NCBI GenBank assembly: GCA_900617105.1
Contig: UYFQ01000001.1
Coordinates: forward strand, 4,216,001 to 4,280,000
Direction: 5' to 3'
Length of the DNA stretch: 64,000 nt
Source of the DNA: Hydrurus foetidus
Lineage: Eukaryota
Shown here: piece after piece, positions 58,994 to 64,000 of the stretch
Position numbering within the stretch: the stretch's first letter is position 1
How the letters are laid out: every line of letters begins with the position of its first letter
The notes under the pieces: generated by a model
The model's database searches: none
Seen by the model: only the letters and a program-made list of their open reading frames with translations
Told to the model about the DNA's origin: nothing
Translations under genes and position numbers: made by a program

Positions 58994-59965
58994 TTAATTC
59001 ATTTCTAATGCCCGTGCCACACCCAAGAGGGCAGGCGAGACTTTGGTGTTGATCACCAGGGTTGGAATGTCCCGAAGGTAATCCCGAAAGCGGCCCTTGC
59101 TTTCGAAGCGATCCCGAAATGACGAGCGTTCCAACTCGGTGATCAGCCGCGGTACGATCCCGCCACCAATGTATACCCCGCCGCTGGCGCCCAGGGTTAG
59201 TGCCAGGTCACCGGCGACACTGCCCAGAAAATTAAAAAACAAGTCCAGCGCAGTGGCGCATTGGGCGTCCTCGCCGGTGCGGGCTCGGGCGATGATGGTC
59301 GCGGCATCCAGTGGCTCACCTTGATCAGCCGCCAGTGCACACAGCGTCTGGTACAGGTTGACCAGACCCGGGCCGGACAGTACCCGTTCAGCGGACACAT
59401 GGCCGAAGCGCTGGCGCAGGTGCTGAATAACAGCCGCCTCATGGTCGTCATGCGCCGCAAGCGTCACGTGGCCACCTTCACCGGTAATCGGTACCAGCTG
59501 CCCGGTGTGCGAAGCCACGAGGCCCGACACCCCCAAACCTGTACCGGCGCCAAGCAGGGCGATATTGCCCATGGGTGTGGCGATGCCTAGGCCAACCTGG
59601 TACAGATCGGCATCGGGTAGTGCGGGAAGGGCCAGCGCCAGGGCTGTGAAGTCATTGATAACCACCAGGCGCTGCACGCCCAGCTGCTTTTTAAGCGCGC
59701 TGATAGAAAACGACCAGTGGTGGTTGGTCATCTTGACGACGTCGCCAACGATGGGATTGGCAATGCCGATGGCACAAGCTGCAGGCGTGGGTTTTGAGTG
59801 GGACAGCAAATACTGCTGCATGGCCGCATAAAGGGTGTCATATTGTGCACCCGGGTACACGGCCACATCGCCCGGTTCATCCCCCGGTGCTTCTTGCCAG
59901 GCAAAGCGGGCGTTGGTGCCACCGATATCGCCTAGAAGACGGGGGAAGTGTCCAGGAGTGTTCAT
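58994..59965 (-). CDS. glk: Glucokinase
   Basis: LGDIGGTNARF, INDF, GTGLG, GEGGH, SAERVLSGPGL and FESKGR. Confidence 0.95.
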   Translation of the reverse strand: MNTPGHFPRLLGDIGGTNARFAWQEAPGDEPGDVAVYPGAQYDTLYAAMQQYLLSHSKPTPAACAIGIANPIVGDVVKMTNHHWSFSISALKKQLGVQRLVVINDFTALALALPALPDADLYQVGLGIATPMGNIALLGAGTGLGVSGLVASHTGQLVPITGEGGHVTLAAHDDHEAAVIQHLRQRFGHVSAERVLSGPGLVNLYQTLCALAADQGEPLDAATIIARARTGEDAQCATALDLFFNFLGSVAGDLALTLGASGGVYIGGGIVPRLITELERSSFRDRFESKGRFRDYLRDIPTLVINTKVSPALLGVARALEMN

Positions 59966-60223
59966 AGAGCTCGATTTTGTGTAAATGCGGGTTTATGTTG
60001 CGCTCGTTGCGGGACGACCGTTATCTTGCCGACACAACACTGAATCGCCAAGTCGGGCTTGCGTCCAGCAGCCTTGCATGACGGTACACGCTTGGTTGTC
60101 GGCAGTAAATCGACGACGACAAAATGAATGTAACCACGGCAGCAGTGATGACTGAGCAACCTCTAAAAAGCGATCGGGCCACTGACCGTTGCCGGTCAAT
60201 GGCCCTACCCATATCGATACCTC

Positions 60224-63200
60224 CTATTTAAATTCTACGGTACCCACCACGTTGATGGTTGTCGGGTAAAGGCCTTTCGCTTGGACTGTATTATTAGTAT
60301 TGCTGGTAATCCCGTTGATAGTCCAGGCAGCGCTTCCGCCGTTCGCCTTGAAGTCAACTGCCTTGATCGTTCCCGCAAGAATTTGCGCAGGGGTTACCGA
60401 GGCATTTCCACAGTCCTGCTTGACAGAAGTGAAGGTGGACAGTGGCGTTACGTAGGCCGTATCTGCACTGGCAGTGGCGTTAACGATAGTCGCAACTTCC
60501 GGGTTACAGTTTGCCGTTGAAACACCGGGGACGTTTGACGCAATCGAGATAGCGAACTTGGCCCCGTTTGTCCCTGCATACCACTCCGGATTAACTCCAA
60601 ACGTGTAGTTAAGGCTCGTCTTGCCGACCGCACTTACCGTAGCACCGGACGGCGGCTTCAGGGAGATACCCTGATACGTGAATGGCTGTATCGAATTGTT
60701 GATGTACAGATACACGTTGCTTAAAGCACCGAATCCGCCACCTGATCCTGCATCTATGGCACCTTCGCCACTGTAGACGCCCCAGGTCCCACCATTTTTT
60801 GTAGAGTTGTCAGCGTTGAATCCTGTGGAAACAACTGAACCTGACGACGGAGCGGGAGCAGGCGATGGAGCCGGTGCAGAAGCCGCCCCATTCAGCGTAA
60901 TGTCGTCAAAATAGTAGTGTTTTCCGGGAGGCGCATCCACGGTACCAATGTTGGGCAAAATAACGATCGCTGTCCAAGACAGTGTCGGATCGATGCTGGT
61001 GAAGGTCCAAGTCAGGGTCTGCCAGCCAACGACGACTGTTTCGTTTGCAGCAACGTCACCCGAGTTCGCAGCAGCCCCGGCCGTCTCAAGTTTGATCTTC
61101 ATCGGAATGCCAGCGGCCGGCGAGTAGACACGGGCCGACAAGGTTTTGCGGGTGGTGGTAAACGGTATCGCGGGGACGTCCAAGACAGCCAGCGCATAAA
61201 CTTCGCCTCCTGAGCGCAACACATCCAAAGCCGAGCCTGTGCCTCCACCTGTCGGTGGGGTGGTAGTAATGGCGGTTGTAGCACCTGTTCCGGTTTGATC
61301 GCGGATTGTGGTCGGGACAATATTGTCAAAGTTGAGCAGTACGGTGCCCGAAGGAGTTGGTGTTGGTGTCGGCACAGGCGTCGCGACAGCCACTGCGTAC
61401 TTCAACTCGTCAAAGTAAAACGCGGTGCTGGCAGTCAGTGCGGGCTGGGTTCCGCCGGTCTCGCTCCAGGCAGGAAGGATCGAGGCCTTGTCATAGACAG
61501 CAGCCGCGTTATAAACGCCATTGGTAGGCGTGGCGAAGTTAAAGCTCAGGGTCTCCCAGGCATTCTGGCTGGTCGTGACCGCTTGGGCGATCAGGTAAGT
61601 ATTTGGGTCAACACTGTTTTCAAATTTTAGGGTGATCTTGGTGCCCACTGCTGCGCCGCTGTAGCTGCGCATCGTTACCGACTTGCTTGTTGCAAAGCCT
61701 GCGCGGTCAATGGACTTTGCGGCTGCAGATGTAAAGATGGTGGTGCCGGCCCAGGGCTCGTTTGGCGGCCCTTTGATGATTTTCAAAACCTTGTTGGAGG
61801 CACCTGCGACCGGGTCATTGGCAACAGACGCTGCAATCCCGCCAAATGAATCTGTACCGATGGTTGACTCTGCAAAGCCAATGCATTGAAGGGCTGCGGT
61901 GGCGCAGCTGGCCTCCACACCAATGGGCGGCGTTACGGCTGGGGCTGGTGCGAGTGCAACGTTATCCACGAAATAATTGTCAGCAATGCCGCTGCCGGTA
62001 GCCGTGCCCAGCTGCGGAAGGATAACGATGCGGCTGTAGGCTTTGGTGACATCGACGTCGGCCACCACCCAGCTCAAGGTCTGCCAGCCAGCCACCACAG
62101 CCGTTGTAGCTTGCGTGTCGCCGGTGCCATTGCCCTGCGAATATTCGGTCTTTAGGACGAACGGAATGCCGGCCTTGGGCGAATAGACTCTTGCTGTGAT
62201 GGTTTTGCGGTTCGATGCGAAAGGAATGGTGGGTACGGTAACGACCACGCCTGCATACACGACGGTACCCGAGCGCACGATGTGCAGTGCCTTGCCTGTA
62301 CCGCCGCCAGTTGGCGGCGTATCGTCAATGTAGGAACCATCGGCGCCCTCAAAGCCCAGCACTACCAGCGGGGTGGACTCGTCAAAACTTGCGATTAGGG
62401 TGCCTTCTACGGTTGGCGCTGTAGGCGTGGTCGGCGTGCTGCTTCCAGTAGTGCTCTGGGTCACTGCCGCAGTTAACGTGGCCGCCAGTGCACTAGTTGC
62501 TGCACCGGGCGCTGCTGCCAGCGCCGCTGCATTTGTTTTGACGAAAATCACAATCAGCGTGTCCGACTGTACCAATTTGGTTGTGGCTATGAGGCTGGAT
62601 TCTGTAGCGTTCAGAATTGCGTCAGCTTGCACTTTCAGACTACCGGCAATAACCTGCGCCATTGCCGTAGGATTCACAGAGTTGGCACCTGCCACGACGG
62701 CGCTGGCCAGCGTGGTTGAGGCAGCCACCCGCTGTATTGCCGCAGTAACCATGGCGGTAATGGCGTCTGAAGAAGATGCCGTACCCCTGACTAGCGCGGT
62801 GCTGGTTTTAAGGGTGGCCGCTACCGCTGCTGCCACTTCGCTGTAAACGGCCGCCTTGGCCGCATCGCCGCCGGAGGCAGCCAGGCCAGCTAGACTCTCA
62901 GTGGTTTTTTGAAGGATTTGCTGCAAAACTAACGTTTTGCGCATCAGGTCTGCATTGACCAATTGTCCGGTTACCTTGCGAGCTGGGTCGACAGTTTTTA
63001 GATCGGTGCCAACTGGCAACCCCAGCGCGGCGATTACCTGGTCGTTGCTCATGCCTTCAGCCATCAAAGTCGTCAGTGGTGTGACGACTGTGGAGCCGGC
63101 TGGTGCCTTCAGAGTGCCGGTGAAGGGCAATTTGGTGTCGATATTGATGCCGCCCGTTACCGAGATGGTCGCCGCGCATGCAGGGCTGAACTTGAAGAAT

Positions 63201-63424
63201 CCGCTGGAGTCGGTGGTGACACTGACTTCGCCGGTGTCGACTTTGCCGTTGCCGTTGGTATCGCAGATGACGGTTGCGCCGCTCAGGTAGTCATCCACTG
63301 CAAAGCCGGTCGAACCTGCTATTGAGGGCGGGGGCGTGGCATCGCCACCTCCGCATGCAGCCACCAGCAATGTGGCTGCCAATGCGCAGGCGGACAAAGG
63401 ATAAAGAGTGGGAATCTGACGCAT
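60224..63424 (-). CDS. Large lipoprotein with three repeated CBM-like beta-sandwich modules
   Basis: Lipobox LVAAC-GGG; repeats ARVYSP.AGIP..K.E..WQTL.W..IVILP..YF.D separated by Pro/Thr linkers. Confidence 0.75.
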   Translation of the reverse strand: MRQIPTLYPLSACALAATLLVAACGGGDATPPPSIAGSTGFAVDDYLSGATVICDTNGNGKVDTGEVSVTTDSSGFFKFSPACAATISVTGGINIDTKLPFTGTLKAPAGSTVVTPLTTLMAEGMSNDQVIAALGLPVGTDLKTVDPARKVTGQLVNADLMRKTLVLQQILQKTTESLAGLAASGGDAAKAAVYSEVAAAVAATLKTSTALVRGTASSSDAITAMVTAAIQRVAASTTLASAVVAGANSVNPTAMAQVIAGSLKVQADAILNATESSLIATTKLVQSDTLIVIFVKTNAAALAAAPGAATSALAATLTAAVTQSTTGSSTPTTPTAPTVEGTLIASFDESTPLVVLGFEGADGSYIDDTPPTGGGTGKALHIVRSGTVVYAGVVVTVPTIPFASNRKTITARVYSPKAGIPFVLKTEYSQGNGTGDTQATTAVVAGWQTLSWVVADVDVTKAYSRIVILPQLGTATGSGIADNYFVDNVALAPAPAVTPPIGVEASCATAALQCIGFAESTIGTDSFGGIAASVANDPVAGASNKVLKIIKGPPNEPWAGTTIFTSAAAKSIDRAGFATSKSVTMRSYSGAAVGTKITLKFENSVDPNTYLIAQAVTTSQNAWETLSFNFATPTNGVYNAAAVYDKASILPAWSETGGTQPALTASTAFYFDELKYAVAVATPVPTPTPTPSGTVLLNFDNIVPTTIRDQTGTGATTAITTTPPTGGGTGSALDVLRSGGEVYALAVLDVPAIPFTTTRKTLSARVYSPAAGIPMKIKLETAGAAANSGDVAANETVVVGWQTLTWTFTSIDPTLSWTAIVILPNIGTVDAPPGKHYYFDDITLNGAASAPAPSPAPAPSSGSVVSTGFNADNSTKNGGTWGVYSGEGAIDAGSGGGFGALSNVYLYINNSIQPFTYQGISLKPPSGATVSAVGKTSLNYTFGVNPEWYAGTNGAKFAISIASNVPGVSTANCNPEVATIVNATASADTAYVTPLSTFTSVKQDCGNASVTPAQILAGTIKAVDFKANGGSAAWTINGITSNTNNTVQAKGLYPTTINVVGTVEFK

Positions 63425-63614
63425 GTTTTGTCTCCAAAAAAATAATAATGTCAAAGGCTGAAACTCTCGGTACGGCTAAGTGCAATCGCTGCAAACTTGT
63501 CTTGAAAGCGCTTTCATAGAGGATAGTCTTGTTAGAAAATCGGGGCAATCCCTATTTGCTAAGGACTTTCCCTAGGCTTGTGGGCTGTAGTAGTCCTCGC
63601 TGCTAGCAGGCGGC

Positions 63615-64000
63615 TTAGCGTTGGTAAACGCGCACATAGTCCACCTCCATTCGATTCGGAAAACCTAAGTTGTCAACCGCGCCGCCCAGGCTGCCGCCAA
63701 CGGCGAGGTTTAGCAGCAGGTACTGTGGGTTGTCGAACGGCCAGCGGTCGCTTAAGGCTCCCGTTGGCTTGGTGTAAGTGAAGTGATTGACGCCGTCCAC
63801 GCCAACGGAAATGGCACTGGCATCCCAGGTGAGCTGGCATTGATGAAAGGCCCTACAGGAGGTGTCAACTGTTCTTGAGCCCCGTTGACCCGCGCCAATG
63901 CTGCCGTTGAAGTAGTTATATGCGCGTGTGTGGATCGTGCCAAGCACCTGTGCCTTGTTGGCGCCAGTTTGCTCCATGATGTCAATCTCGCCGTCCTCCG
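63615..64000 (-). CDS. Glycoside hydrolase family 16 (beta-1,3-glucanase-like), 3' part
   Basis: GEIDIME catalytic motif at the window edge; WPFDNPQYLLLNLAVGG and MEVDYVRVYQ. Confidence 0.92.
   Translation of the reverse strand, partial: EDGEIDIMEQTGANKAQVLGTIHTRAYNYFNGSIGAGQRGSRTVDTSCRAFHQCQLTWDASAISVGVDGVNHFTYTKPTGALSDRWPFDNPQYLLLNLAVGGSLGGAVDNLGFPNRMEVDYVRVYQR

Noticed and set aside
59962..60212. Small ORFs between glk and the lipoprotein gene
   Set aside because: No recognisable homology and three overlapping frames of similar length; treated as intergenic or decayed.

Overview
This window looks like a betaproteobacterial chromosome segment, inferred from gene order and protein style to be Comamonadaceae (Polaromonas/Rhodoferax-like). 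Bases 1-50,768 are mostly housekeeping genes: lpxH-ppiB-ppiA, cysS-alkA-accA-tilS-lysC-tRNA-Ser, dusC, ggt, phaP, pncB, rmuC, efp-earP, uvrC-pgsA and hupB-tRNA-Val-ppiD-tRNA-His. This part is studded with about 13 copies of a ~45-bp REP-like palindrome, several of which lie in frame inside protein-coding genes (tilS, earP twice, ghrB, alkA start). Downstream of tRNA-His is a complete 6,590-bp integrated element bounded by a 50-bp direct repeat. It encodes a tyrosine integrase, a RelE/HigB-type toxin-antitoxin pair, an AlpA-like excisionase, a winged-helix putative initiator with iteron-like repeats, a P27-type small terminase preceded by an HK97-like cos-region signature, and a moron. It has no capsid, large terminase or primase gene, so it is a candidate minimal cos-hijacking phage satellite. 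A probable second tandem island follows, carrying nested IS3 remnants, glucokinase, a 1,066-aa lipoprotein with repeated CBM-like modules and a GH16 beta-glucanase. Other notable items are an AppA-like BLUF plus B12/haem-binding protein, an SbrI-like ECF sigma operon with an ankyrin-tipped anti-sigma candidate, and a nucleotidyltransferase two-gene cassette inserted between accA and tilS. All calls come from manual motif recognition; no database search was run.
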